A stretch of DNA of 64,000 nucleotides from Terriglobia bacterium (GTDB taxonomy: Bacteria; Acidobacteriota; Terriglobia; JAJPHL01; JAPKYU01), in NCBI GenBank assembly GCA_965223005.1, contig CBDCVK010000002.1, positions 416,001 to 480,000 on the forward strand, written 5' to 3'. Shown in pieces: positions 47,567 to 56,912 of this stretch. Position numbers and translations under genes: made by a program. The notes beneath the pieces were generated by a model. It was not told the origin of the DNA, did no database searches, and was given only the letters and a program-made list of their open reading frames with translations. Positions within the stretch are counted from its first letter, which is position 1, and each line of letters begins with the position of its first letter.

Positions 47567-48610
47567 TCACCCGGTGGATGAATGAGACTGGGTCGCTGCC
47601 TTTCTTTTTCTGAAAGAAGCTCGGAGATTGGATTGGGATAGAACTCCTTGATTGACAATCCAGCGTGGAAGCTTGCCCTTCAGAACGTCCGCCATTTGCG
47701 TCGCCGCAGTTTCCTGCAATTCCTGCAAGGATTCCTCCGAATAGAAGGAGGCGTGCGGGGTGGCAATGATCTTCGGATGCCGCAGCAACGGCGAGTCGGG
47801 TGGCGGCGGCTCCTGAGGATAGACGTCAAGGGCGGCCCCTGCAATCAGCCCTTCGTCTAGAGCCTGGATCAACGCGGAGCCGTCTATGACCTCACCGCGA
47901 CAGGTGTTGACCAGGAAGGCGGTGGGCTTCATTTTTCGAAAGGTCTCGAGTCTCATCAAGTTCCGGGTTTGCGGGAGCAGGGGTACGTGGAGGGAAATGA
48001 AATCACTGCTTGCTAGCAGTTCCTCCAACGCAACCGCCTTCACCTTGCGCTCCAGGGAGGCAGGCACAGGGACCACGTCATAAACCAGGGTTTGCATACC
48101 CAACCCGGAAGCCTTCTGAAACAACGTCCTGCCAATCTGACCAAAGCCGACGATGCCCAGGGTCTTTCCCCGGATGCGATAGATGGGCGCCTGGGCTCTA
48201 AGGTTGTACACCCCAGCTTTGTTGGAGCTGTCGAAAGCCGCGACTTTGCGTGCGCAGGCCAGAATCAGGGACAGGGCGTGCTCGGCGACCTCATCCCGGC
48301 AATAGCTGGGAACGTTGGTCACCACAATGCCGTGCTCCGTGGCACACGGAACATCGATGTTGTCCAGACCGATGCCGTAGCGGGCGATGGCCAGACATCC
48401 GGTGGCCTGTTCAATCACTCGCCGAGTGACCGGCTTCCAACAGGTCAGGATGCCGGTCGCCTCGGGCGCCAGCGCCATTAGCTCTTCCTCGGAGCCGGTC
48501 CTTGCCTCCACTAGGCTCGCGTTCACGCGTCCCAGGATTTGTTGTTCCAGGTCCAGGGTTGGCCACGCATAATCTGTGACCAATACTTTTCGTAAGGTCT
48601 TTTGTTTCAT
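47567..48610 (-). CDS. D-2-hydroxyacid dehydrogenase (CtBP/SerA-like)
   Basis: RYGIGLDNID, GIVGFGQIG, NTCRG, LDV..EP, TPHAS. Confidence 0.92.
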   Translation of the reverse strand: MKQKTLRKVLVTDYAWPTLDLEQQILGRVNASLVEARTGSEEELMALAPEATGILTCWKPVTRRVIEQATGCLAIARYGIGLDNIDVPCATEHGIVVTNVPSYCRDEVAEHALSLILACARKVAAFDSSNKAGVYNLRAQAPIYRIRGKTLGIVGFGQIGRTLFQKASGLGMQTLVYDVVPVPASLERKVKAVALEELLASSDFISLHVPLLPQTRNLMRLETFRKMKPTAFLVNTCRGEVIDGSALIQALDEGLIAGAALDVYPQEPPPPDSPLLRHPKIIATPHASFYSEESLQELQETAATQMADVLKGKLPRWIVNQGVLSQSNLRASFRKRKAATQSHSSTG

Positions 48611-48619
48611 CTATTCCTT

Positions 48620-49096
48620 TTACGATTCATTCCCGCCCATCTGCTCGCTGAGATAGTTGTCGAGTCCAACCTCACTGATCAAGTGGAGCTGGGTTTCCAA
48701 AAAGTCCACGTGTGTTTCCTCGTTCTCGAGAAGTTGCTGGATCAGATCGCGGGAGCCGTTATCGCCTTGCTGGCGGCAGATCTGGATGCCTTCGTTGTAG
48801 CGGCGGACTGCGTCAATTTCAAGCGCCAGGTCGTTTTCCAGCTGCTTTTGGACAGTTTCGCCAATCTTGATCTTGAAAAAAGTCATGTTGGGCACCGCTT
48901 CCACGAACAGGATGCGCTCGATCAACTTCTCGGCGTGCTTCATCTCATCAATGGCTTCCTTCTTGGTAACCTCGGAGAGACGATGGTATCCCCAGTTCTC
49001 GCACATCTCCGCGTGGACGAAATACTGGTTAATCGCGGTCAACTCCGCCTTCAGCGCCTCTTGTAACACCTCAATAACTTTGGCATTTCCTTTCAT
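48620..49096 (-). CDS. bfr: Bacterioferritin
   Basis: MKG, ELTAINQYFVH, DEMKHA (heme Met), EETHVDFLETQ. Confidence 0.96.
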   Translation of the reverse strand: MKGNAKVIEVLQEALKAELTAINQYFVHAEMCENWGYHRLSEVTKKEAIDEMKHAEKLIERILFVEAVPNMTFFKIKIGETVQKQLENDLALEIDAVRRYNEGIQICRQQGDNGSRDLIQQLLENEETHVDFLETQLHLISEVGLDNYLSEQMGGNES

Positions 49097-49175
49097 CGGC
49101 GAACCATTCTCCTTTCCTAAAGAGTGCCCGATGGCTGCTTAGCCCTGCCTGGAAGGTACTCTAACACAGCCACGT

Positions 49176-50516
49176 TCAGCGTTTGGCGGTTTTGCGGCGT
49201 TGGCGGATCTGCAGCAGCCTCTGGCGGAATTGCGCCTCCAGTCCTTCGCTGCTCGGAGTGTAGTATTGGCGGCCGGCCAGGTTCTCGGGCAAGCAGGGCA
49301 TGTCCGGGGCTACCCGCTCCTCCAGGTCGTGGGCATACTGGTAGCCTTTGCCGTAGCCGAACTGCTGCATCAACGGGGTGGCGGCATTGCGCAAATGGAG
49401 GGGGACCGGCTCGGCCACCGTCCGCTCCACGTCCTGCCGCACGGCGTTGTAGCCGGCGTACAGCGCGTTGGACTTGGGCGCTAGTGCCAGATACACGGCG
49501 GCCTCGGCCAGCGCCAGGTTTCCCTCGGGCATCCCCACGAAGTGCACCGCTTGCATGGCAGACACCGTCACTGGCAGCGCCTGCGGATCGGCCATCCCGA
49601 TGTCTTCGCTGGCCATGCGAATCAGGCGGCGCGCCAGGTAGAGCGGATCCTCGCCCGCTTCCAGCATCCGCGCCAGCCAGTAAATGGCTGCATCCGGATC
49701 GCTATTGCGCACCGACTTGTGCAAGGCCGAGATCAGGTTGTAGTGCTGCTCGCCCGCCTTGTCATAGGGCAGCACCTTGCGCTGGAGGGCATCCGAGACA
49801 ATTTGGGACGACACGGTGATCCGACCCTCGGGCCCGGCTGGAGTGGCCAGCACCGCCGCCTCCAGGGCGTTGTAGGCAGCGCGGGCGTCGCCGTCGGAAA
49901 AAACCGCGATCTGGTGTAGCAGCTCTTCGGAGATTTCCGCACTCAGCTTCCCAAGGCCGCGCCGCTCATCGCCCAGCGCCCGTCGCAGCAACACCAGGAT
50001 TTCCTCCACGCGCAGCGGGTTCAGCGCGTACACCCGGCTGCGGGAGAGCAGGGCCGAGATCACCTCAAACGATGGATTCTCCGTGGTCGCCCCGATCAGG
50101 ATGATGTCGCCCTTCTCTACGTACGGCAGGAAGGCGTCCTGCTGGGCCTTGTTGAAGCGATGGATTTCATCTATGAACAGGATGGTGCGGTGCCCGTGCC
50201 GGCGAGCGCGCTCGGCTTCCACCATGACCGCCTTGATTTCCTTGATCCCGCTCAAGACCGCGCTGAAATTGACGAACTGGCTCTGACTCAACTGGGCCAT
50301 CACGCGAGCCAGCGTAGTCTTGCCCGAGCCGGGTGGCCCCCAGAAGATCACCGAGGACACCTGGTCTTTCTCAATCTGGGTGCGTAGCGGCTTGCCGGGG
50401 GCCAGGATCTGCTCCTGGCCTACGATCTCCTCCAGCGACTCCGGACGCATGCGGTCGGCCATCGGCCGCGGCTTCTGGCGCTCCAGGTCTTCGTCGAGTT
50501 GTCGAAACAAGCCCAT
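49176..50516 (-). CDS. rarA: Replication-associated recombination protein A (RarA/MgsA)
   Basis: [50 protein letters not shown]. Confidence 0.97.
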   Translation of the reverse strand: MGLFRQLDEDLERQKPRPMADRMRPESLEEIVGQEQILAPGKPLRTQIEKDQVSSVIFWGPPGSGKTTLARVMAQLSQSQFVNFSAVLSGIKEIKAVMVEAERARRHGHRTILFIDEIHRFNKAQQDAFLPYVEKGDIILIGATTENPSFEVISALLSRSRVYALNPLRVEEILVLLRRALGDERRGLGKLSAEISEELLHQIAVFSDGDARAAYNALEAAVLATPAGPEGRITVSSQIVSDALQRKVLPYDKAGEQHYNLISALHKSVRNSDPDAAIYWLARMLEAGEDPLYLARRLIRMASEDIGMADPQALPVTVSAMQAVHFVGMPEGNLALAEAAVYLALAPKSNALYAGYNAVRQDVERTVAEPVPLHLRNAATPLMQQFGYGKGYQYAHDLEERVAPDMPCLPENLAGRQYYTPSSEGLEAQFRQRLLQIRQRRKTAKR

Positions 50517-50578
50517 CGCTGGAATTGCCTGACGGTTTCAGCAGTTCGTTAGCGCCACTCCCCTCATGATTCAAGGGG

Positions 50579-51391
50579 TCAGCCAGAGGTACCGCGGGCG
50601 GCGGCGGCCCGGTAAAGAAAGATGCCGGCGGCCACGGCGGCATTTAACGACTCCACCCTCGACGCGTGGGGAATCGACACCGGGTGGGCTGCAGCCAGAA
50701 TCGGCCCGGGTATCCCGGTGCCTTCCGACCCGATGGCCACCGCTAGCGGGCTGCGGAAATCCACTTCGTCCAACGGCTGGCGCGCTCCGGCGACGGCCGC
50801 GTACAGACACACACCGTGGCGGCGGAGCAACTCCAGTGCCCGGCCATAGCTCAACCCATGCCGGTGGGGCAGGCGGAACGCCGAGCCGGCCGAAGCCCGC
50901 AACAGCTTGGGGTTCTCTGGACGCACGCTTCCCTGCAACAGCAGCGCGCCGGTCGCCCCGAAGGCCTCGGCGGTGCGTATTAGAGTGCCGGCGTTCCCAG
51001 GATCCTGCACCCCGGCCAGAACCACGACCAGTGCAGGCGCGGGGTTGAATAGCTGCTCTGAGAGCCACGACCGAGGTTGCACCAACGCTGCCACTCCCTG
51101 GGCGGACGGCGTGACTGAAATGCTTTCGAAGACCCTGGCGGCCACCCGACACATCGGCGGTCTGGTGCCGTGGTGATCCAGCAGCCGGCACAACTGAGCT
51201 TCAGCTGCCTCGGTAAAGAAAACTTGCTGGACAGGCACCCCGCTGCTGAGCGCTTCTTCCAGTAGGTGGAAGGTGTCTATCGCCAGGAACCCTTCCGGCG
51301 TCCGCTCACCACGTGCCAACGCCTGGCGCAGCTTTTTCACTTGCTGGTTGTGGCAGCTCTGAATCGGCTGCGTCGTGGCCGGGGCGTGCAT
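50579..51391 (-). CDS. TrmH/SpoU-family RNA 2'-O-methyltransferase
   Basis: VQDPGNAGTLIRTA, IGSEGTG, ESLNAAVAAGI. Confidence 0.93.
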   Translation of the reverse strand: MHAPATTQPIQSCHNQQVKKLRQALARGERTPEGFLAIDTFHLLEEALSSGVPVQQVFFTEAAEAQLCRLLDHHGTRPPMCRVAARVFESISVTPSAQGVAALVQPRSWLSEQLFNPAPALVVVLAGVQDPGNAGTLIRTAEAFGATGALLLQGSVRPENPKLLRASAGSAFRLPHRHGLSYGRALELLRRHGVCLYAAVAGARQPLDEVDFRSPLAVAIGSEGTGIPGPILAAAHPVSIPHASRVESLNAAVAAGIFLYRAAAARGTSG

Positions 51392-51531
51392 GCTCTTATT
51401 CTAGCTGCAAGCGGAGCATCGAGCCCAGCTGCCGGGTCGACCAGTTGCCGGGGCGAGAGGATGCCCGGTGGCACCCGGGCGCGGCATTCAGTAAATTCTG
51501 GCAGTAAATTCCAGCCAGTCAGCCGCAAGCG

Positions 51532-52566
51532 CTAGTCGGCCGCGCGGTGGGAGTGGCGGTAGTGGGCGGCCAGCAGGTCGCGGCCAAAGTCGCCTTGGAA
51601 ATCGCGCCAGACCGAGTGAATGTGGTTGGCGTCGTTCTGTATGTTGTCGTATTCGATCAGGAACGTGGGGCCCTGGATCCGGTAATAGTGCGGTTGCCCG
51701 CTTTCCGAGCCTCCGGCCCAGGCAAAATGAACTTTCTCCAGCCCGGCCTCGCGAAGGCGATCCATCCGGGCCTGGGCCAGTTCCGCAGGCATATTGCTGG
51801 CGTACTCCTCCAGTATTGCGGTGAGCAGCTCTTTCTGTTTCGTGTCCATTAGGGTCACTGTCAACCCCTTAGGAGAGCCGATCTTGACCCGGCTGTCGGC
51901 GCGAGTCAGGATGTCTCGCGGAGCAGTGCGGTCAATCACGGCGATCGCGTATCGCTTGTGGTCGAGCAGCTTCAACAGCTCCCGCGCCAGATCTTCTTCG
52001 CGCGCCAGCGTGCGCAGGCCCTTCCTCGAGCCCTGCTTGACCTCTGCCGGGTTCGCGCCGAAAAATGATGGCGCCCAGGCGATCGGCTGGCCGCTGACCA
52101 GCGTGAAATTTAACGACAGGTGATGTCCTTCCACCCGCCAGCCCCAGGTGGCTGCCTCGGAAGGGTCACCAAAGACACTGAAGAAATAGAGTGCCGAATC
52201 GCGCCCCGGACCCTGGCCCTGCTCCTGATCGTGCAGGATCTTTTCCAGGCTCATAATGGTGATGGCCTTCAGGTAGCCGCGCCGGCTCAGTCCGGCGCTG
52301 AGCAGAGCGTGCGCCAAGTAGCGCTGCGAGGCGTCCATGTCCTTGAATGCCATCCCATTGCGGGTCCGGGGAATATAGTGCCAGTTGGTGCGTTCCTCGG
52401 TTTCAAACGGGAAGACCGCCTTAGCCCTTTGCTCCGCGGACAACGAGGCCAGGAAGTTGTTAGCCGCACTGGCCATCACCTCGCCGGGCCCGCCGCGGTA
52501 GTAAGCCCCCAGGAGGACACCGGCGCAGAGCAATACACCAGCCACTCGCGCCAATTTCTGCTTCAT
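51532..52566 (-). CDS. DUF3500-domain secreted protein
   Basis: Signal peptide, WHYIP, WGWRVEGHHLSLN, YYRIQGP.FLIEYDN, NHIHSVWRD. Confidence 0.88.
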   Translation of the reverse strand: MKQKLARVAGVLLCAGVLLGAYYRGGPGEVMASAANNFLASLSAEQRAKAVFPFETEERTNWHYIPRTRNGMAFKDMDASQRYLAHALLSAGLSRRGYLKAITIMSLEKILHDQEQGQGPGRDSALYFFSVFGDPSEAATWGWRVEGHHLSLNFTLVSGQPIAWAPSFFGANPAEVKQGSRKGLRTLAREEDLARELLKLLDHKRYAIAVIDRTAPRDILTRADSRVKIGSPKGLTVTLMDTKQKELLTAILEEYASNMPAELAQARMDRLREAGLEKVHFAWAGGSESGQPHYYRIQGPTFLIEYDNIQNDANHIHSVWRDFQGDFGRDLLAAHYRHSHRAAD

Positions 52567-52701
52567 GACCCGCTACCCTTTCTTTCGTCGCGATTATAGA
52601 CTGGATTTCAATGCCCGTCCTTCTTTTTTGCCCTTCAAATCTGGCCTTTGTGCTCTTCAATTCTGAGGCATGGCGAAATTGGAACGGCAACGGCAAGAGC
52701 G

Positions 52702-52728
52702 CTTGCGCCACCGCGACGGCGGCGCAAG
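52702..52728 (-). terminator. GC-rich hairpin after the anti-sigma gene
   Basis: CTTGCGCC..CCG-CGA-CGG..GGCGCAAG; weak U-tract. Confidence 0.45.
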
Positions 52729-52752
52729 AGGTGCCCTCGTGAAAAATCGGGG

Positions 52753-53427
52753 CTAGCCCTTCACCAAGATGTTACTGAAGTTGAAGACGGCCTTTCCATC
52801 GCGGGGACGGCCGAAAGAGGTAGCCGGGTCGAATCGGGTAAACAGAAGGAAGTTGCGCAGCTTGGCGATTAGGGCCGGGTCATGGGGTCCGTTCAACACG
52901 CGAAAATCCGCCACGTCGCCCTGCTTGTCTACATAGATCTCGACGAACAACCCTGGCTCGCCAGCACTGAAGCTGAAAGGCGCCATGGATTTCAGCCGGG
53001 GCCCGGTGCTCAGACGCAGCGGGACATCATCGGTGAACGCCAAGGTGGGGATGGCGAGGCTGTGAATTAAGATGCCGAACAGCACCAGTGCCGAACACAA
53101 GCCCGCCACAGCGGGAATGGCTACCGGTTCCATCAGGTTTCGTAACCGCACCATCAGCTGGTTGGCGAAGTGCGAATGGGTCTGCTGGGAGAGTCGCACT
53201 CTCAGGGCCAGGGCCAGATCGGGCGGAGGAGTCACACGGTGGACAACGCGTAACACCTTTTTCAGGTGAACCAGTTGGAGCCACTCCGTGGCGCAGGTCC
53301 GGCAGGCGTCGAGATGCTGCCGCAGTCGGACTGAGCGGTTTGCGTCCAGCGCATCATCGGCGAGCGCGGAGAGATCCGCGCGAACCTCGGGGCACTTCAG
53401 GCACTCACTCGTGCGGGTACTTTCCAT
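52753..53427 (-). CDS. Zinc-binding anti-sigma factor (zf-HC2) with TM helix and TonB-C-like periplasmic domain
   Basis: HLDACRTC (HxxxCxxC), TM, EIYVDKQGDV..FDPATSFGRP; overlaps the sigma gene. Confidence 0.88.
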   Translation of the reverse strand: MESTRTSECLKCPEVRADLSALADDALDANRSVRLRQHLDACRTCATEWLQLVHLKKVLRVVHRVTPPPDLALALRVRLSQQTHSHFANQLMVRLRNLMEPVAIPAVAGLCSALVLFGILIHSLAIPTLAFTDDVPLRLSTGPRLKSMAPFSFSAGEPGLFVEIYVDKQGDVADFRVLNGPHDPALIAKLRNFLLFTRFDPATSFGRPRDGKAVFNFSNILVKG

Positions 53428-54098
53428 GGCGTGGTCCTTTGCGAGCCCGTTTCTCCGAGTTCCTGGCAGGGCTCAGCGCGTTCCAGGTAGTGCGACAGCT
53501 TGGAGCGCAAAGCCTCGCGGCCCCGTGCCAACCTGGATTTTACGGTACCGACCCGAACCTCCAACACTTTGGCAATCTCTTCATAGCTCAGCTCTTCGAT
53601 GTCGCGCAGTACCACCGGGGCGCGGAACGCGAGTGGCACTTCCGCCAGAGCGCATTCCACGGCGGCGCGCAGTTCTGCGCCCGCGACCTGCTCGTAAGGC
53701 GACGGAGAGTTATCCACTAACTGGCAACCCAGGCTAGCTTGCTCACCTTCCTCCCCAGTGGATACCGGAGAAACATCCAGGGAAAGTTCGCGCCACCGGT
53801 GGCGTCGCCACCACCGCCGCTGGTTCGACGCTTCGTTCACGGCGATGCGGTAGATCCAGGTTTTCAGAGAACAATCCCCCTTGAAGCCTCGCAGGCCACG
53901 GAAGACCTTCAGGAAAACCTGCTGGACCGTGTCGGATGCATCACTGGGGTCACGGAGAAGCTGATAGACCAGATTGTAGACGGGCGCTTGGTACCGGGAG
54001 AACAGCCAAGCAAACGCTCTCTCGGAGTTTTCGTGTATGCCGGCCAGGAACTCGGCGTCTTCGCCGGTCAGCGGCCACGGGCTGGTCCATTCGGCCAA
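53397..54098 (-). CDS. ECF sigma factor (RpoE-like)
   Basis: DASDTVQQVFLK, TWIYRIAVN, LSYEEIA..GTVKSRLARGR; TTG start 54098 after GGAG (frame open to 54158). Confidence 0.95.
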   Translation of the reverse strand: MAEWTSPWPLTGEDAEFLAGIHENSERAFAWLFSRYQAPVYNLVYQLLRDPSDASDTVQQVFLKVFRGLRGFKGDCSLKTWIYRIAVNEASNQRRWWRRHRWRELSLDVSPVSTGEEGEQASLGCQLVDNSPSPYEQVAGAELRAAVECALAEVPLAFRAPVVLRDIEELSYEEIAKVLEVRVGTVKSRLARGREALRSKLSHYLERAEPCQELGETGSQRTTPWKVPARVSA

Positions 54099-54209
54099 TG
54101 CCGTCTCTCCCAGCAATTCTTCTCTCTTTACTCTAGCATCTCCGAGGGCGGAGTACAACTCAGCGGTAACGCTCCAGCCTCTTCCTGCCGACTTGCGCCC
54201 TCTTTCTAA

Positions 54210-54236
54210 TAGACCCCAAACGAGCCAAAAGGTTCC
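54210..54236 (-). promoter_or_regulatory. ECF (sigmaE-type) autoregulatory promoter
   Basis: GGAACC-N16-GTCTA upstream of the ECF sigma gene. Confidence 0.7.
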
Positions 54237-54283
54237 CGACTTCGGGAGCGAAAATCCGATGTTGGCACAGCAAGAAGGGCGTA

Positions 54284-55234
54284 TCAGGAGGTAGCGGTGC
54301 CGGCGGGCCTGAACACAACCCAGCGGTTACGCCCCGTGCGCTTGGCAGTGTAGAGAGCCTGGTCGGCGGAATCCAGCAGGTGCTCGAAGGGGCCCTCCCG
54401 AATCACTTCGGTGCCCGCGAGGCCAATACTGATAGTCACTTTGGTCGTGGTATTCCCCTGGGTGAACGGCTCGCGTTCGATCGACGTGCGGAGCCGCTCG
54501 GCCAGCATTTGTGCGGTGGCCAGGTCGGTATTGGGTGCCACCAGGATGAATTCCTCGCCCCCGTATCGGGCCAGCAGGTCCGAGCGGCGGGTGGCCTCTT
54601 TGAGGCGCTCGGCAATGGTTTTCAGCACGTGGTCCCCGAACATGTGGCCGTAGGTGTCATTAATGGATTTGAAATGATCCACGTCCAGCATGAAGCAGAT
54701 CAGCGCCTGCCCGTACCGCCGTGCCTCCTCGAAGAAGTGCTGCACGACCGTGAAGAAGTAGTGCTGGTTATAGAGGCCGGTAATCTGATCGGTGACGGCG
54801 AGCTGCTCCAGCCGTGAGTAAGCCTCAGCCAGCTCGCTCTGCTTGTTTTCCAGCTCGAGGTTCAGCTGGGTGATTTCGCCTAGCAGTTCCAGGTCAGCCG
54901 TCTTGTTGCGACCCACGGCCCCCACCAGGTGCAAGTCTTCCAGGTCCATGCGGCACAGCGAGTAGTGCACCGGGTGAATTCTGCCGTCGGGGGCTTTGTG
55001 AACTACCTCGAGCTGGCGGGCGCCGGAATCCGCAGCCGCCAGAGCCTCCTGGAGTCGCGGCCCGGACTCCTCGTTCACCAGGGAGACAAAATCCAACCCT
55101 TTCGGCTCGGCGCCTTCCAGAAAAGCGTTTCGAAAGGCCCGGTTGGCAAACACAACGCGGCCCTGCAGGTCCAGGGTAATCAGGTAGTCCGTGGCCGCGT
55201 TGACAAAAGCCACGGTCAAAGATTCGGGGTCCAT
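54284..55234 (-). CDS. PAS-coiled coil-GGDEF diguanylate cyclase
   Basis: PAS, TDQITGLYN, DVDHFKSINDTYGH, RRSD I-site, RYGGEEF. Confidence 0.94.
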   Translation of the reverse strand: MDPESLTVAFVNAATDYLITLDLQGRVVFANRAFRNAFLEGAEPKGLDFVSLVNEESGPRLQEALAAADSGARQLEVVHKAPDGRIHPVHYSLCRMDLEDLHLVGAVGRNKTADLELLGEITQLNLELENKQSELAEAYSRLEQLAVTDQITGLYNQHYFFTVVQHFFEEARRYGQALICFMLDVDHFKSINDTYGHMFGDHVLKTIAERLKEATRRSDLLARYGGEEFILVAPNTDLATAQMLAERLRTSIEREPFTQGNTTTKVTISIGLAGTEVIREGPFEHLLDSADQALYTAKRTGRNRWVVFRPAGTATS

Positions 55235-55484
55235 CGCGCAGGCCCTCCCGCAGCGCCCGCTATACAGCGCCAGTTATACAGCGACCGCGGCTGGGCTGGC
55301 AAGTGCCCTCTTCCAAAATTTCAACGGACCAGGCCGGCTTCCTGCGTCCCTTTGCAATGGACGCGGAGGGCGAACGAGACGCGGCAAGAGTCGCCTCCCT
55401 GGTTGTGAAGAAGGCCTTGCGCGCTGGGAGGCGAAAAATGCATGCGCCAGCTGGTCATTCCGCAATATAATTGGGTATTCACCG

Positions 55485-56660
55485 ATGCCGGAACCCCCCA
55501 ATTTTTCCACCATTGGCGAGGCGGTCGAAGAGGTGCAGGCCGGACGGATGGTGGTGGTGGTGGACGATGAAGATCGCGAGAACGAAGGCGATCTGACTCT
55601 GGCCGCTGAAAAAGTCACTCCAGCAACCATCAACTTCATGGCCCGCTATGGCCGGGGCCTGGTCTGCTTAACGTTGACCGAAGAGCGGCTGGATTACTTA
55701 CGGATTCCACGGATGGTGGAGAAGAACACGTCACCGCACGGGACCGCTTTCTGCGAAACGATTGACGCCCGCCACGGAATCAGCACCGGCATTTCCGCGC
55801 AGGACCGAGCTACAACCGTCCTGGCAGCCATCTCCCCGACCACGCAGCCGGCCGATCTGGTTCGGCCCGGGCACGTGTTCCCGCTGCGGGCGCGGCGCGG
55901 CGGTGTGCTGGTGCGCGCCGGCCAAACTGAGGCCAGCGTAGACCTGGCTCGTCTGGCCGGTCTGATTCCCTCTGGGGTCATCTGCGAGGTGATGAATGAC
56001 GACGGCACCATGGCCCGCGTGCCCCATCTGGTCGAATTTTGCCGGAAGCACGGGTTGAAGATGATCACGGTGGCTGACCTGATCCGCTATCGCCTCCGCA
56101 ACGAGCGCTCAGTGCGTCGTGTCGGCGAAGCGGCCCTCGTCAACCGATATGGGGAATTCCGGGTGATCGCCTATCAATCGGAACTGGACGGGGAAGTGCA
56201 CGTGGCCCTGGTGAAGGGGGATGTGGGGCCTCAGGAAGAGGTGTTAGTGCGTGTGCACTCGCGCTGCCTGGCGGGCGACCTGTTCGGCTCCTCGGCCTGC
56301 GACTGCGGCGGGCTGGTAGAGGCAGCTTTGGCCCGCATCGCCGAGGAGGGCAGCGGCGTGTTGCTCTACCTGCACAATACCCGCCCCGGCTTCCACGTTG
56401 AGCCCCTGGAAGACGGCCGCGGGTTGCTGGTCTTCCACGGGCGCGAATTCCGCCAGCCCAGCGAACTGGCCCACGATCGCCGCATCCAGTACGAGTCCGG
56501 CATCGGGGCGCAAATACTCTCAGACCTGAGCCTTCGCAATATCCGCTTGCTCACCAACCGCCCACGCAAGGTAGCAGCCCTGGAAGGCTACGGCATCCGG
56601 ATCGTCGAACAGGTTCCGCTGGCGATGGAAAAACCCGCCAGCCGCCGGAAATCGCTTTAG
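55485..56660 (+). CDS. ribB: DHBP synthase fused to a degenerate GTP cyclohydrolase II domain (RibBX-like)
   Basis: [34 protein letters not shown]; C-domain lacks EGRGIG and DxRxY. Confidence 0.9.
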   Translation: MPEPPNFSTIGEAVEEVQAGRMVVVVDDEDRENEGDLTLAAEKVTPATINFMARYGRGLVCLTLTEERLDYLRIPRMVEKNTSPHGTAFCETIDARHGISTGISAQDRATTVLAAISPTTQPADLVRPGHVFPLRARRGGVLVRAGQTEASVDLARLAGLIPSGVICEVMNDDGTMARVPHLVEFCRKHGLKMITVADLIRYRLRNERSVRRVGEAALVNRYGEFRVIAYQSELDGEVHVALVKGDVGPQEEVLVRVHSRCLAGDLFGSSACDCGGLVEAALARIAEEGSGVLLYLHNTRPGFHVEPLEDGRGLLVFHGREFRQPSELAHDRRIQYESGIGAQILSDLSLRNIRLLTNRPRKVAALEGYGIRIVEQVPLAMEKPASRRKSL

Positions 56661-56767
56661 CCTAGGGAGATGACTGCGCGCTACTTCTATTCTTGGCTAC
56701 TAATACTTTTTCGACTGTTGGACGATCCAGTCAGATCAACCAGGTTCACCCAATCCCCAACCCCGTT

Positions 56768-56797
56768 TTGACAAATCGCCTTGTCTCCCGTTACCTT
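56768..56797 (+). promoter_or_regulatory. Sigma70-type promoter for the TPR-ASPIC gene
   Basis: TTGACA-N18-TACCTT. Confidence 0.45.
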
Positions 56798-56912
56798 TGT
56801 CTTGGGGCCGGTTGAAGCTGAAAGGGCAGGGCAGACGAAAGCATCAGTAAGGGGATGCGTGCAGCGGCCTGATCCGGAGTAAAGAGGATGCGGGATCAGG
56901 CGGGAACGAATT

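Noticed and set aside
55240-55484. FMN riboswitch upstream of ribB (or ribA)
   Set aside because: No RFN consensus; -10 elements lie within about 15 nt of the start codons
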